DNA of 60,817 nucleotides from an uncultured delta proteobacterium (lineage in GTDB: Bacteria; Desulfobacterota; Binatia; UBA9968): positions 1 to 60,817 of the forward strand of contig CAWJBB010000073.1 of NCBI GenBank assembly GCA_963840855.1, read 5' to 3'. Position 1 is the first letter of the stretch. Every line of letters starts with the position of its first letter. Shown piece by piece: positions 42,414 to 53,828 of this stretch. Below the pieces are notes generated by a model. The model was not told the DNA's origin and did not search any database. It saw only the letters and a list, made by a program, of their open reading frames with translations. The translations under genes and the position numbers were made by a program.

Positions 42414-43644
42414 ATGGCATTTCGGATCGTGCGATCACTGATTTTCTTCTCGGTTCTTACCCTTGTGCCGCAGTTGGCGCGCGCTGCTGAGGAAGAGAAA
42501 CCTTTGGCACCGGGTTGGCTTAGTTTAGATTGTTGTATCGGGCCCATGGACACAGGTATCGCCAGCGGAAAGGGCGCTATTCAAGATGCGCTGGGAATTA
42601 ACTTCGGTGGGTATCTGGACACGAGTTACACTTGGAGCTCGCGTCATCCGAAGGATCCCGCCAGAATCAGCGGTCGATATTTTTATGGGGACCAAAACAA
42701 AGTCAACTTTAACGATTTTCATATAGTTTTGGATAAGCCGGAGAAGGATTGGGGTGTTGGCTTCCACATATCCGGTGATTTCGGCCGCACCGGAGAGCTG
42801 TTGAGGGAAGCAACTTTGTGGGGAAAAAATCTCAACAGGGAACCCTCTGCCGAGTTGCGCGAGTCCTATATAACGACGACGATTCCCTTCGGCGAGGGAA
42901 TTCAATTCAAAGGCGGTTTGTTTGTCACCCCCTTGGGAACGGAAATCCTCCTTAACCCTGGAAGCTACAACGACCAAATAACGCGTTCGTTCGCCTTTAA
43001 CTTTGGCGGTTCCCCTACGTCATCTGGGGACAATTTTTAGCTATCCGTTTCTCAAAACGCTGACTGGCAGCATGGGTATTATAACCGGATGGGATAATCC
43101 GCGCGATAACAACGGCTCGCCTTCGGGTTTGTTCGGGGTTACCTTTACACCTACCGATTCTTTCTCATTGGCTAGCAATATCGTTGTTGGTCCGGAACAG
43201 ACGCATAATACCAACGACGCGCGTTTTACCTGGAGTAATGTCGCCACAATCAAGCCAATGGATCCCCTCACTGTCTTACTGGAAGCCACGTTCGGTTCTG
43301 AGCAAGACGCATCGACACCGACGGGGGTTAAGGATGCGCAGTGGTACGCGTTTGCCGCCATTGGATCTTGGAGCTGGACGGACCGCTTCAGCACGGCGGT
43401 CCGAACGGAGCTATTCCTAGACGAGGGGGGGTCGAGGACCCAAGGCTTTGCAGCTACCAAACCTATCTTCAACGTTGCCCTCGGCGAAGTGACATTGGCG
43501 GGAACCTACAAGTTCACCAAAATGTTCGTCGGGCGAGCGGAACTCAGGCAGGACTGGGCCAATCGAGCCGTTTATAAGAGAGGGTCCAGCAACGCTAATG
43601 CTAATCAGACAACCTTGGGGCTCCAGTTGCTCTACGGATTCTGA
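42414..43644 (+). CDS. Outer-membrane beta-barrel porin (OmpL-like/BBP2), frameshift near 43010
   Basis: Signal peptide; GYLDTSY, GLFVTPLGTE, GWD...DNN, RAELRQD, terminal Phe. Confidence 0.8.
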
Positions 43645-43672
43645 TCGCAAACTCCAGCGGCGGGCATGAAAC

Positions 43673-43706
43673 GGGGAGAGGACGAAAAATCCTCTCCCTT
43701 TTTTTT
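43673..43706 (+). terminator. Intrinsic terminator
   Basis: GGGAGAGGA-cgaaaaa-TCCTCTCCC followed by a T run. Confidence 0.8.
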
Positions 43707-44021
43707 GAATGGCTGGCTCTGGTCATTTTCTCCAGTCAGGATTCAGCGCCTGTCGACATTTTCTAGCGCATAATTCAAATGGTCTATATATATATCCTAG
43801 CTCGGACGGCTTCGTTTGTTCCTAAAGGGGAGGGAGCTTTGCTTCTCTCCCTTTTTTTGTGCAATCTCTCAATATCCTTTTAGCAGGCGATAAATTGTCG
43901 GAGCGTATCGCCATTGGTATATGCGTTCGCCAAAGATCGGTCATGTGCCGGTCCAATTCCGAATTCATATGTTCTCGCGCTCTAAAGTATTGACCGCTCG
44001 ATAAACCTAAGGTCGGCTCCG

Positions 44022-45686
44022 TTGAGCGAACAACGACGTTACCCATTCTATTTGTTGCTTCTCTCCGTTGTACTGTTCTTTCCCGGCTTGGGCGCGCGCG
44101 ATTTCTGGGCTCCCGTGGAGCCCCGTTACGCCGAAATCGCCCGGGTCATGTTTGCCAAGGGAGAATGGATCGTCCCCATGGTGAATGGCGATCTCTACAC
44201 CGATAAGCCGATTCTTTACTTCTGGCTGGTGTTGATCGCCGCCAAAGTTGCCGGTGCCGTTAACGAGTGGACCGTGAGGTTGCCCGCCGCTTTCGGCGGC
44301 GTGGGGTTTGTTTTGACGACTTATTTCTTCGCTCGGGATTTTTTTAGCCCGCGCATCGGGCTACTCGCCGCGGTGATGCTGGCGACGAGCGCGCGGGTGA
44401 TCTGGGAAGCGCGCTGGGCGCATATCGACGCTCTCTTCTGTTTTTTCTTTCTCCTTTCGGTTTATTTTGCCGCGCGCGCTTTGTTGCGAAAGGGAGGTCC
44501 CCACGAAATCCTTCTCGCCTACGTCTTTATGGGACTGGCGACCCTCGCCAAGGGATTGATCGGCGTCGTGCTGCCGGCGCTGTTGCTGGTTAGTTTCATG
44601 ATCGCGCGGCGCGACTGGCGCATGATCGCCGCCGCCAAGCTGCATCTAGGAATTCCGATTTTTCTAATGGTAGTCGCTCCATGGCTTTTACTGGTGAACG
44701 GCGCCACTGAGAGCAGGTGGCTGGCCGACTTCATATACGTGCACCATATCCAACGTTACACCGCCGGCGCCGGACACCGCCAGCCGCTATTTTATTACTT
44801 TACGACCTTGCCGGTGGACCTGTTGCCCTGGACGGTCTTCGCCATTCCGGCGCTTTTCGCCTACCGCCAGTGTCGCGGTCTGCTAACCGACCCAGTGAAG
44901 CTTTTCTTTGCCCTATGGTTCCTGGTTATCTTTGTCTTCTTCAGCGCTTCCGATACCAAACGAGACCTTTACCTGATGCCGCTTTTGCCCACCGTCGCTG
45001 TATTCATCGCCCATTACATCGACGATCTTGACGCGGGGCGCTTACCGCAGGATACGCTCTATCGTTCGATATCGCTCTTTTTTTTCGCGCTGATCGCGTT
45101 GGCAGGTTTGCTGCTGCCGCTGGCCACGTGGGTCCTGCGCCGCGACGCCTTCTGGATAGGCCTGCCGGTTGCCGGAGTATTGGCCGGCGCAGGCGGCTCT
45201 GCGGTTCTTTATGTCCGGCAAAACAAGCCGCTAAAAGTTGTCGCGGCCACGACGCTGATGATGACTTCTACGCTACTGTGTGCGGTGATCTGGATCTTTC
45301 CGTACATCGAGCCGTTCAAATCGCGGCGTTTTTTTTCAATGGAAGTCAAAAGAATCGTGCCGGCGACGGCGACTCTCTATGTCTACGCTGACACGATGAA
45401 CGACTTTAATTACTACACGGAGCGCGAAGCGATACCGGTGCTAAAATCGCCCGATGAGGTTGGAAAATTGTTAGCGGCAGGTAAAGATGATTATCTGCTG
45501 ATCAAAGAACGGGATCTGAAAAGGATCGCATCGATACCGCGGGAAAAGATTCTCGCAACCGACGCCGTCGGCAGCACGACCTGGTATCTCGTAGCGCTGG
45601 AGAAGCCGCCGCGAAACGCTAGCCTCAAATCCCTCTGCCAGCACAGCCCTAGACAGACTGTTGACACTACCCCTTCCCTGACGTAG
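44022..45686 (+). CDS. ArnT/GT39-family membrane glycosyltransferase
   Basis: EPRYAEIARVM, DKPILYFW, RLPAA, LAKG, KR..YLMP. Confidence 0.88.
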   Translation: MSEQRRYPFYLLLLSVVLFFPGLGARDFWAPVEPRYAEIARVMFAKGEWIVPMVNGDLYTDKPILYFWLVLIAAKVAGAVNEWTVRLPAAFGGVGFVLTTYFFARDFFSPRIGLLAAVMLATSARVIWEARWAHIDALFCFFFLLSVYFAARALLRKGGPHEILLAYVFMGLATLAKGLIGVVLPALLLVSFMIARRDWRMIAAAKLHLGIPIFLMVVAPWLLLVNGATESRWLADFIYVHHIQRYTAGAGHRQPLFYYFTTLPVDLLPWTVFAIPALFAYRQCRGLLTDPVKLFFALWFLVIFVFFSASDTKRDLYLMPLLPTVAVFIAHYIDDLDAGRLPQDTLYRSISLFFFALIALAGLLLPLATWVLRRDAFWIGLPVAGVLAGAGGSAVLYVRQNKPLKVVAATTLMMTSTLLCAVIWIFPYIEPFKSRRFFSMEVKRIVPATATLYVYADTMNDFNYYTEREAIPVLKSPDEVGKLLAAGKDDYLLIKERDLKRIASIPREKILATDAVGSTTWYLVALEKPPRNASLKSLCQHSPRQTVDTTPSLT

Positions 45687-45737
45687 CTCTAAGAGCGACA
45701 ATTTACTTACCGCGGATTCCCGCGAAAGGAGCCAGCG

Positions 45738-47351
45738 ATGAAATCTTCGTCAAAATTTCGATTGACTCTATTCGTTGCTGCTATTGCCGCTACGGTTTTT
45801 TTGGCCCCTCGGCTATTCGCGGCGCAAGCCGCCACGCCGCGCGCCGGCGGTGAGCTGGTTTTCGCCTTGGGCGGCACGCCGCCTTCCTATGATGGGCACC
45901 GGGAAACGACCTTCGCCATGATCCATCCCGTGGCTCCGCACTACAGTACATTACTCCGTTTCGATCCGCAGAATTATCCGAAAATCGTCGGCGACGTGGC
46001 CGAGAGCTGGCAAATTTCAAAAGACGCGCTGACCTACACGTTCAGGATTCGCAAGGGAATTCAGTTTCACGATGGCAGCGTCCTAACCGCCAAAGACGTC
46101 AAGGCTACCTACGACAAGATCATTTTTCCGCCGGAAGGCGTGGTGAGCGCGCGCCAGGCCACCTACAGGGTCGTGGACAAAGTGGAGACTCCGGACATGC
46201 AGACGGTGGTCTTTCGTTTGAAACATCCGTCAGCATCTTTTCTCGCCAACCTGGCGTCGCCATGGAACTTCATCTACAACGCCGACATCCTCGCCAAGGA
46301 TCCGCGCTGGTATGAAAAGAACATCATGGGCACAGGGCCGTATACTTTTGTTGAATATGTCGCAGGCTCTCACTGGGTGGGAAAGAAGAATCCGAATTAT
46401 TTCATGAAGGGGCGACCGTATCTCGATGGCTATAAAGCAGTCATCATCCGGGACACCGCCCCGCGCATAGCTGCCGTACGTAGCGGGCAAGCGCTCATCG
46501 AATTTCGTGGCTTCAACCCGGCGGCCCGCGATGACATCGTAAAGACTGCCGGGGATCAAGTCGTCGTCCAGGAGAGTCCCTGGGTCTGTAATCTTACGGT
46601 GGCGGTCAATAACGAAAAGAAACCGTTCGACGACGTGCGAGTTCGACGCGCCCTCACTCTTGCGATCGATCGATGGGGAGCATCGAAGGCGCTGTCGCAG
46701 ATCTCGGTGATGAAGTACGTAGGCGGGCTTTTACGGCCCGGCTCCGAGTTCGCCATACCCGAGTCGGAGCTCGTCAAGCTCGCCGGATACGGTAAGAATA
46801 TCGATGCCGCGCGCAAGGAAGCGAGGCGATTGCTTAAAGAAGCCGGAATGGCTGAGGGTTTTTCCTTCACGCTCAAGAATAGAAATATAAGGGAGCCGTA
46901 TGAGGTGGTGGGCGTCTACGTCATCGATCAATGGCGCCAGATCGGCCTCAACGTCAATCACGTTCAGCAGGAAGAAGGAGCTTACTTCAATGATTTTCGC
47001 CAAGGCAACTACGACACCGGGATCGATTTCTCCTGTGATTTTATGGACGACCCGGATCTGCAGCTCTTCAAGTTCGTGAGCAGCGACAAAAGTCCCGTCA
47101 ATTACGCGAGATACAATGACAGCGTGTTGGACGACCTATACGACAAGCAGAGCCGAGCGACAAACCCTAAAGAACGCCTGAAGCTCTTAAGGCAATTCGA
47201 AAAGCGCGTTATCGATGAGAAGGCCTATCAGTTTCCTCCCACCCTCTGGTGGCAGCGCATCGTTCCGCACTGGACGAAAGTGAAAGGCTGGAAGATCACG
47301 CCAAGTCACTACGTCAATCAGGACCTACGAGATGTCTGGCTCGCGGAGTAG
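45738..47351 (+). CDS. Peptide/nickel-type ABC substrate-binding protein (family 5)
   Basis: D.AESW..S.D..TYTF..RKG..FHDG, GTGPY, PFDD.RVRRAL. Confidence 0.9.
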   Translation: MKSSSKFRLTLFVAAIAATVFLAPRLFAAQAATPRAGGELVFALGGTPPSYDGHRETTFAMIHPVAPHYSTLLRFDPQNYPKIVGDVAESWQISKDALTYTFRIRKGIQFHDGSVLTAKDVKATYDKIIFPPEGVVSARQATYRVVDKVETPDMQTVVFRLKHPSASFLANLASPWNFIYNADILAKDPRWYEKNIMGTGPYTFVEYVAGSHWVGKKNPNYFMKGRPYLDGYKAVIIRDTAPRIAAVRSGQALIEFRGFNPAARDDIVKTAGDQVVVQESPWVCNLTVAVNNEKKPFDDVRVRRALTLAIDRWGASKALSQISVMKYVGGLLRPGSEFAIPESELVKLAGYGKNIDAARKEARRLLKEAGMAEGFSFTLKNRNIREPYEVVGVYVIDQWRQIGLNVNHVQQEEGAYFNDFRQGNYDTGIDFSCDFMDDPDLQLFKFVSSDKSPVNYARYNDSVLDDLYDKQSRATNPKERLKLLRQFEKRVIDEKAYQFPPTLWWQRIVPHWTKVKGWKITPSHYVNQDLRDVWLAE

Positions 47352-47360
47352 GGGCGCCGA

Positions 47361-47421
47361 AGATCGAGGATGGACGATCGAGGATGGCGCTCGTTCTCCG
47401 TTCTCCATCTGCTGATCCTCG
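47361..47421. repeat. GAGGAT/ATCCTC heptamer inverted repeat
   Basis: gatcgaggatggacgatcgaggatgg...ctccgttctccatct...atcctcg. Confidence 0.55.
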
Positions 47422-47437
47422 GAACCGACGTAGAATC

Positions 47438-48395
47438 GTGCGCCAGTATTTTCTCAAGCGCTTGTTGTTAATGATTCCGACTTTGTTTGGGGTTGCCGAT
47501 ACTGGTATTTTCCTGCTTCTCCGCGTTTTGCCGGGTGACATCGTCGAGCTTAAATACGCCGGCACCGGCGCTTATGCTCCCAAAGAGACCATCGCCGGGA
47601 GCGAGCGCAGCTCGGCTTCGACAAGCCGCATCTGGCGGCAATTCGCGAGCTGGATGTGGGCATCGCGCTCGCTGGATTTCGGTCACTCGATGTGGACGGG
47701 GAGGCCCATTACCCATGAGATCGCGATCCGTCTGGAACTGAGTATCGAACTTGGCTCTAATGGCGACTTTCGTCGCCGTTCTCATTTCAGTGCCGCTGGG
47801 AACCATCGCGGCGCTCAAGCAGGATAGCTGGGTTGACTATGGCGTGCGCGTGATTTCCATCGCGGGACTCGCCATTCCGTCATTTTGGCTAGGCATAATT
47901 ATCATCCTTGCCTTTGTGATCTATTTTCGCTGGATGCCGCCGCTGACGTTTACTTCCTTCTGGGTCGATCCCAAGGCAAATATCTCGCAGCTCATCTGGC
48001 CGGCGCTGGCGGTGGGTTATCGTTACTCCGCCGTGGCGACGCGCATGACGCGGTCGGCGGTATTGGAAGTCCTGCGCGAAGACTATATTCGCACGGCGCG
48101 GGCCAAGGGGCTTTGGGAGCGCGCGGTCTTGATTCGTCACGCCCTCAGAAACGCGCTCTTGCCGGTCATCACCGTCATCGGTCTCGAGTTCGCTTTCCTG
48201 GTCGGCGGCCTGGTGGTCACCGAGCAAGTTTTCAATTTGAACGGTATCGGCAAGCTCTTGGTGGAAGCGATCAGCCAGCGCGATTACACCATGGTTCAGA
48301 GTCTGGTGTTGCTGACCTCTTTCGTCTTTATTTTCGTCAACTTTCTCGTCGATATGATTAACGCCGTCATCGATCCGCGAATCAGATACCAATGA
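47438..48395 (+). CDS. ABC permease DppB-like (frameshifts in the 5' part)
   Basis: YFLKRLLLMIPTL, DFG.S, EDYIRTARAKGL, HALRNALLP. Confidence 0.85.
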
Positions 48396-48407
48396 AGATA
48401 ATGGTCG

Positions 48408-48500
48408 GTTCAAGGTTCAACAGTTCAATGTTCAAGAGTTTACGATTCGCGAAGCGACCGGATCTTGAACACGTTGAACCTTGAACGTTGAACTTTGAAC
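48408..48500. repeat. GTTCAA/TTGAAC 7-nt-period inverted tandem repeat
   Basis: gttcaag gttcaaca gttcaat gttcaa ... ttgaacc ttgaacg ttgaact ttgaac. Confidence 0.75.
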
Positions 48501-48527
48501 TAGCACAGCCATGCGAGTCGGCAATTC

Positions 48528-49382
48528 ATGCTCAACTCGAGTGGCTACGGTCGCGCGATGCTGCACTTTATCCGCCACCGTCCGCTCGGCGCGGCCGGCG
48601 CGGCGATCATTGTCGTAATGATTTTGGCCGCAGCTCTGGCCGGCTTTATCGCGCCCTACGATCCGCTGGTTAACGACTACGGCGCGATGCTCCAGGCGCC
48701 CAACGCCAAACACTGGTTGGGCACCGATTCTTTCGGCCGCGACGTATTTTCACGCGTCATCTACGGCTCTCGCACTGCGCTTTGGGTCGGCTTCGCATCT
48801 GCGTTTATCGGCGCGACCTTGGGGGCGATCATCGGCGTCGCGAGCGCTTATTTGGGCGGCAAGACCGACCTGATTCTTCAGCGTTTCATGGACCTCTTAT
48901 TGTCTTTTCCGTTGATCATTTTGGCCCTCGTGGTCGTTACGGTGCTCGGCACCGGCACGACCAACGTCATTCTAGCTATCATGGTGCCCATGTTGCCGCG
49001 TTGCGCTCTGGTGGTGCGCAGCAGCGCGCTGGCGCTGCGCGAGATGCCCTTCGTGGAAGCGGCGCGCGCGCTGGGGTTCGGACCCACGCGTATCATCCTC
49101 CGTCATATGCTGCCCAACGTCATGGCGCCCTATTTAATCATGTTAACGGTCTTCCTTGGACAAGCGATTCTTCTGGAAGCATCGCTGTCTTTTCTCGGCC
49201 TTGGCGTTTCCGAGCCCCAAGCGGCTTGGGGCTTGATGCTGCGCGGCGCCGCAGTGGAGTTCGCCGAGCGCGCGCCCTGGATGGCCATTTATCCGGGCAT
49301 CGCCATTAGCCTGTCGGTCTTCGCTTTTAATCTTTTCGGCGATTCGCTGCGCGATGCTCTGGATCCAAAACTGCGGGTGTGA
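48528..49382 (+). CDS. ABC permease DppC-like
   Basis: HWLGTDSFGRDVFSR, FVEAARALG, GDSLRDALDP. Confidence 0.9.
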   Translation: MLNSSGYGRAMLHFIRHRPLGAAGAAIIVVMILAAALAGFIAPYDPLVNDYGAMLQAPNAKHWLGTDSFGRDVFSRVIYGSRTALWVGFASAFIGATLGAIIGVASAYLGGKTDLILQRFMDLLLSFPLIILALVVVTVLGTGTTNVILAIMVPMLPRCALVVRSSALALREMPFVEAARALGFGPTRIILRHMLPNVMAPYLIMLTVFLGQAILLEASLSFLGLGVSEPQAAWGLMLRGAAVEFAERAPWMAIYPGIAISLSVFAFNLFGDSLRDALDPKLRV

Positions 49383-49475
49383 CCGGGAAATGATCCAAAA
49401 GAGTTCAATCCGTTCAAAATGTTCAAATCGTTTCGAACTGGCTTCAACGTTTTTTTTGCGCGCTGAGCCGCCGTT

Positions 49476-49916
49476 ATGAAGAAGACTCACACCCTGCAAG
49501 TGATTTTATGGATATTTGCCGCAGTGGCCGCGGGGTATCTCGCCTGGTGGTTGATACCAAGGTATTTTAAACCGGCCGCGGTGCCTGGCTCATTCGAATA
49601 TTTGAGCCAGGAGGCGGCGCGACTAAATCAGGCATTGCCCGCTCAGTTGGACGAGAAGACCGAGCTCATGGTGACTGAAGCCGCCCAAGCGATGTTTATT
49701 TACAAATATCGTCTCGTAGATGTCGCCGTGGACCGTGTGGACCATCAAAAATTCGTCGCCACCGCCAAGCCCCAACTTGTCAAGGCAACCTGTAGCCGTC
49801 CCGAAACCAGCGAAGAGTTCCTAAAAAAGGGCGTGACCCTGCGCTACTCATACTTTGACAAGGACAAAAAGCACATCGCGACGCTGGACGTGACGCCGGC
49901 GGATTGCGGCTTTTAG
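49476..49916 (+). CDS. Membrane-anchored hypothetical protein
   Basis: N-terminal TM helix; LP.QLD..TEL; paired Cys. Confidence 0.65.
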   Translation: MKKTHTLQVILWIFAAVAAGYLAWWLIPRYFKPAAVPGSFEYLSQEAARLNQALPAQLDEKTELMVTEAAQAMFIYKYRLVDVAVDRVDHQKFVATAKPQLVKATCSRPETSEEFLKKGVTLRYSYFDKDKKHIATLDVTPADCGF

Positions 49917-50123
49917 AAATCCTCGGAAACATTTCGCGTTTCCATGGGCGCAATCGTTGGGTGATGCGCCTACTTGCCGGGACGGGTACTCGGCTGATAG
50001 AAGGTGCGAGAGGGGTCAATTTCCCGAAATGGAATAGGTCGCATGCCTCCGTTGAACACCGCTTGAATGACTGGACCGGATAACCCGGTGCGGTTTGTCG
50101 CACCCTAGAACAAGGAGGAGACT

Positions 50124-50547
50124 ATGAAATCAATTCTAACAGCCGCAATTGCTCTTTTTCTTGCCGGAACGGCAGGCGCGGCGGATTATCTTGTATATAA
50201 AGATGGCAGCGGAAGGATCGTGCTGTCGAACATCGCGCCGCCGGATTCAGCGCAAATCGTTGCGCGTCGTGCATCTCACGGACGCGACCGCCGAGGAGAT
50301 CGCGGCCACGGAGAAAGCCAATCGGGAGACCGAGGAGTTAAATCTGGTCAGGGACTTGGTTTATAGCAAACTACGCCTCGAACTCGCTCGCAGCGAGTTA
50401 GATGATAGCTGGAGACGCCTCGTAGATGAGAAAATAAGTGCCTTCTCCCCGTCTCCGTTCGTACGGGAATGGAACCAAGTCGCCGTGAGCGTCGGAGTGC
50501 CTACCCTGCGCCGCGGGGTTGCGCCTGTCCGACCCATGCCCAGATAA
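50124..50547 (+). CDS. Exported hypothetical protein (DUF4124-like start), frameshift near 50270
   Basis: AAGGAGG RBS, signal peptide, YKD.SG..VLSN.PP, continues in frame 50149..50547. Confidence 0.5.
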
Positions 50548-50778
50548 AGAGCTTTTGATTGAGTAGCCGGCGGTTATCTTGTCCTCGCTAGATAAACCCC
50601 GCCAAAGTCTCAGCGCGAAGAGGGCCATTTGAGCCGCACCAGCTTTGCTCGCTTGGCCCTCACAGCGGCTAAGTCAGAATGCCGACGCCGGGACTCTGTG
50701 AGATGGAGCGCTGGACTAAAGCAACGAAGGGCTTTGAATCCATCCCTTCGTTGCTCTGGTACGCCAGCTTCCAAGAAA

Positions 50779-51799
50779 CTATTTTAGTATTTCTTTGGCG
50801 CGCGGAATCAGCTTGGCGTCGAGGTTGAAAACTTCTTTGACGTTCTTTTCCAGCTCGGCGCCATCGAGGGGATTGATATCGAGCCTCGCTTTCGCGGCGT
50901 CGGCGAGAAATTCCGGATCTTTCATGGTCGCCATGTAAGCCTGACGCAGTATCTGCACGCGCTCCTTCGGCGTGCCGGGAGGCAAAACATAAGGCCGAGC
51001 CGTCGGGCCGACGCTGTGGACCAGGGCGTTGATCAGTTTTTTCGCTTCCTCGGTTTTGGCGTAGTTGATGGCGAGGGGAAGTTTTGGCTGGTCCGGGTGC
51101 GGCTTGGCGATAGCTTGCAGAACGACAACGACCTCGCCGGCGGCAAGCTCCTTGCTCCAGGTGGCCTTGAACGATTCCCACGAATTGCAGACTCCCTGAA
51201 CCTCGCCGCTGGCGAAGGCCAAGCGCACATCGGCGGTTCCTTTATACCCGGAGACGAGCTGAAACGGCAGGCCGATGGTAGCGCCGAGAACTTTTGGGAT
51301 GTCATCCGTAGCCGAACCCGCGCCGACGCCGCCAAGTTTGACAACTGTTTTTGACGACATCCATTGTTCCATGCTGGTGATGCCCGTGGATTTGTGTACG
51401 CCGATCATGTAATTGTCTTGCGCCGGGACACGCCATATATTCAAATTTGCGCGCGTCGAACTCGATGCCCGGTTTGCCCAATAGTTGTTGCAAGAAAAGC
51501 CCGCCGATGAAGTGGCCGATGGTCAAGCCGTCGGGCTTGGCGATCTTGTACATGTGATTGGCTGAAATTCGAAATCCCGCGCCAGGCATATTTTCTACGG
51601 CGAGGGTCGGATTGCCCGGTATATGTTTCCCCATGTGGCGGGAAAGCGTGCGGGAGTAGGTGTCATAGCCGCCGCCGGCGGAGGCGCCGACGATGATCCT
51701 GACCGTTTTGCCTTTGTAAAAGGAATCCTGGGCCGGCGCTGGTGTCCAGTGCCCGAGCAAGAACAAGGCAAATGAAAAATGAACAGCGAAGCGTTTCAT
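50779..51799 (-). CDS. TctC/Bug-family solute-binding protein (frameshift near 51435)
   Basis: FYKGKTVRIIVG.SAGGGYD, ENMPGAG, GYKGTAD, DPEFLADA. Confidence 0.85.
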
Positions 51800-51842
51800 G
51801 ATTTCTCCCAAATGTAATTCCGCCAATGACGAATTTGGAAAC

Positions 51843-52881
51843 TTACTTTAGTATCTCTTTTAGCTGGTTGACGACTGCCGCGTCGATCTTGAAGAGTTGG
51901 CCGACGATCTTTTCAATCTCTTCGCCGGTTAGCGGCTGCGTGTCGAGCCGTGATTTCTTGGCGTCGGCGAGAAATTCCGCATCTTTCATAGTTTCCGCAA
52001 ACGCCTTGCGGAGTAGCTGCACCCGGTCCTTGGCTGTTCCCGGGCCGAGGGCGTATGGCCGCGTGATCGCCGACGGATCGTGGCCGCCGAATTTGAGCAG
52101 CTGTCTGGCGTTTTCATTGGCCGTGTAGTCGAGGGCATTGGGCACCTTGGGCAGCTCTGGGTGTGTTTTGGAATTGACTTGTAAAACGACGAAGACGTTT
52201 CCCGAGTCAAGCCCCTGGCGCCAGATCGATTTGATCGACTCCCACTGCCAACAGCCGCCGGCAACCTCGCCAGCCTCGGCCGCCAGCCGAATCTCGGCGG
52301 TGCCTTTGTAACCGGCGACCAGCTGGATCGGCAGATTCAGCGCTGCCTGCAAGAGCTTCGCGGTATTATAAGTCGTGTCGCCCGGGGCGACGCCGCCGAT
52401 CTTGACCGGCGTATTTCGCGTTCCTGAGCGCGTCAAAAGTGGTAATACCGCTCGATTTGGCAAACGCGCAGGCCACGTTGTCCTGGGTTGGAATCCCGAT
52501 GTATTCAAACTTGCGCGCGTCGAATTCGATGCCGGGCTTGCCAATAACTTGATTGATGACCTGATTGCCGTGAAAATTCAGAATGGTAAGCCCATCCGGT
52601 TTGGCGATATTGTAGACATGATTGGCTGCGACAAGACTGGCTGCGCCGGTCATGTTTTCGACCACGATAGTTGGATTGCCCGGTATATGCTTTCCCAAAT
52701 GACGCGCAATCAGACGCGAATAGGTGTCGAAGCCGCCGCCGGCGGAAAAGCCGACGATGAGTCTGATCGATTTGCCTTCATAGAACGGCGCGGCCGCGCC
52801 CGCCGGGTTAACCAAGACAGCGCTTACAATTACCGCCCAAATAAGTCTCCTGAGGGGTTGCAAATTGGCCGCTCCTTCCAT
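51843..52881 (-). CDS. TctC/Bug-family solute-binding protein (frameshift near 52415)
   Basis: FYEGKSIRLIVGFSAGGGFD, GYKGTAE, DAEFLADA. Confidence 0.85.
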
Positions 52882-52930
52882 TTTGTTGAAGTTTTCTCGC
52901 AGGCAATTAACTATTTAAAGTCGGCCAGAG

Positions 52931-53722
52931 TCAACGGTCGTGCAACATTTCCGCTCTTAGTTCGCTCTCCCAGGCGCGGCTACCGTTGGCCGACCATTCA
53001 AATCCCGGATCGCGGATCTCGCCGGGCTGCGTGAAGTTCGGCAACTCCGCTAGCACCCGCGCCAACACCGCTTCGTTGCGCCCGCGGTCATGGGGCGGGC
53101 CGAAGGTGCGGCCCACGGGATGATCGACAAAGACCGCCCGCGGCGGCGTGACCTGACGCACAATATCGAGGGCCGTGCCCGCCACTAAAGTCGGAATGCC
53201 TAGATTTTCGATCACATGGGCGATGAGACCGACGGTCTCATGGCAGAAGGGTCAATAGGGAACGAGCAGCAGAAGATCGACTTCCACATTGATCAGCTCT
53301 TGCCCGATGGCGGGCGCCAGCTCGGTTTCAATTTCCCTTTGGCGCCTGATGCCGCCCATGACCGAGACATGGAAGGGCGCCAGTGTACCGACGATGCCTT
53401 TTTTCACCAAGGCCGCCAATGCCGTGCGCGGAAAGACAATTTCCGGATCTTGTTTCGGCACTGTGCCGATGCCCGAGTGATGATCGATAACAATCTCGCC
53501 GGCGCTGGGGTCGGAGGGAACCCGGCGATAACTCAAGTCTTCCCGCGGAATGAAAGGTTCTTGGTTCGTCAGCCGCAGGGCAGCACTGCTCAGCAAAGCC
53601 ACGCGCGATTCATGCAGCGGCTTTTTCACCGGGCACCAGGCCGGCTTCGACGGCGCTACCAGTTGGCGTGGCGGCTTGGGCGCGCCATTAGCTGCCATCA
53701 CGGGGAGATATTCAAAGGGCAT
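52931..53722 (-). CDS. GrdB/PrdB-like reductase selenoprotein B family (in-frame UGA, UxxC)
   Basis: RVALLSSAA, D.EIVFP...L, LLVPY-TGA-PFCHETVGL.A..IE..GIPT, PPRAVFV..P.G; the two ORFs are in frame. Confidence 0.85.
53223..53241 (-). promoter_or_regulatory. Bacterial SECIS-like hairpin
   Basis: ATGAGACC-GTC-GGTCTCAT begins after a 10-nt spacer 3' of the UGA at 53252-53254. Confidence 0.65.
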
Positions 53723-53828
53723 GATTATGCGGCTCGTTCCAACTTATTACAGGGGTTTGCGGTGCGGCGTCAAATGGCGGCCCATCGATGTGTAATCTGA
53801 AAATGAATGTGATAAGCAAACATCTCCT

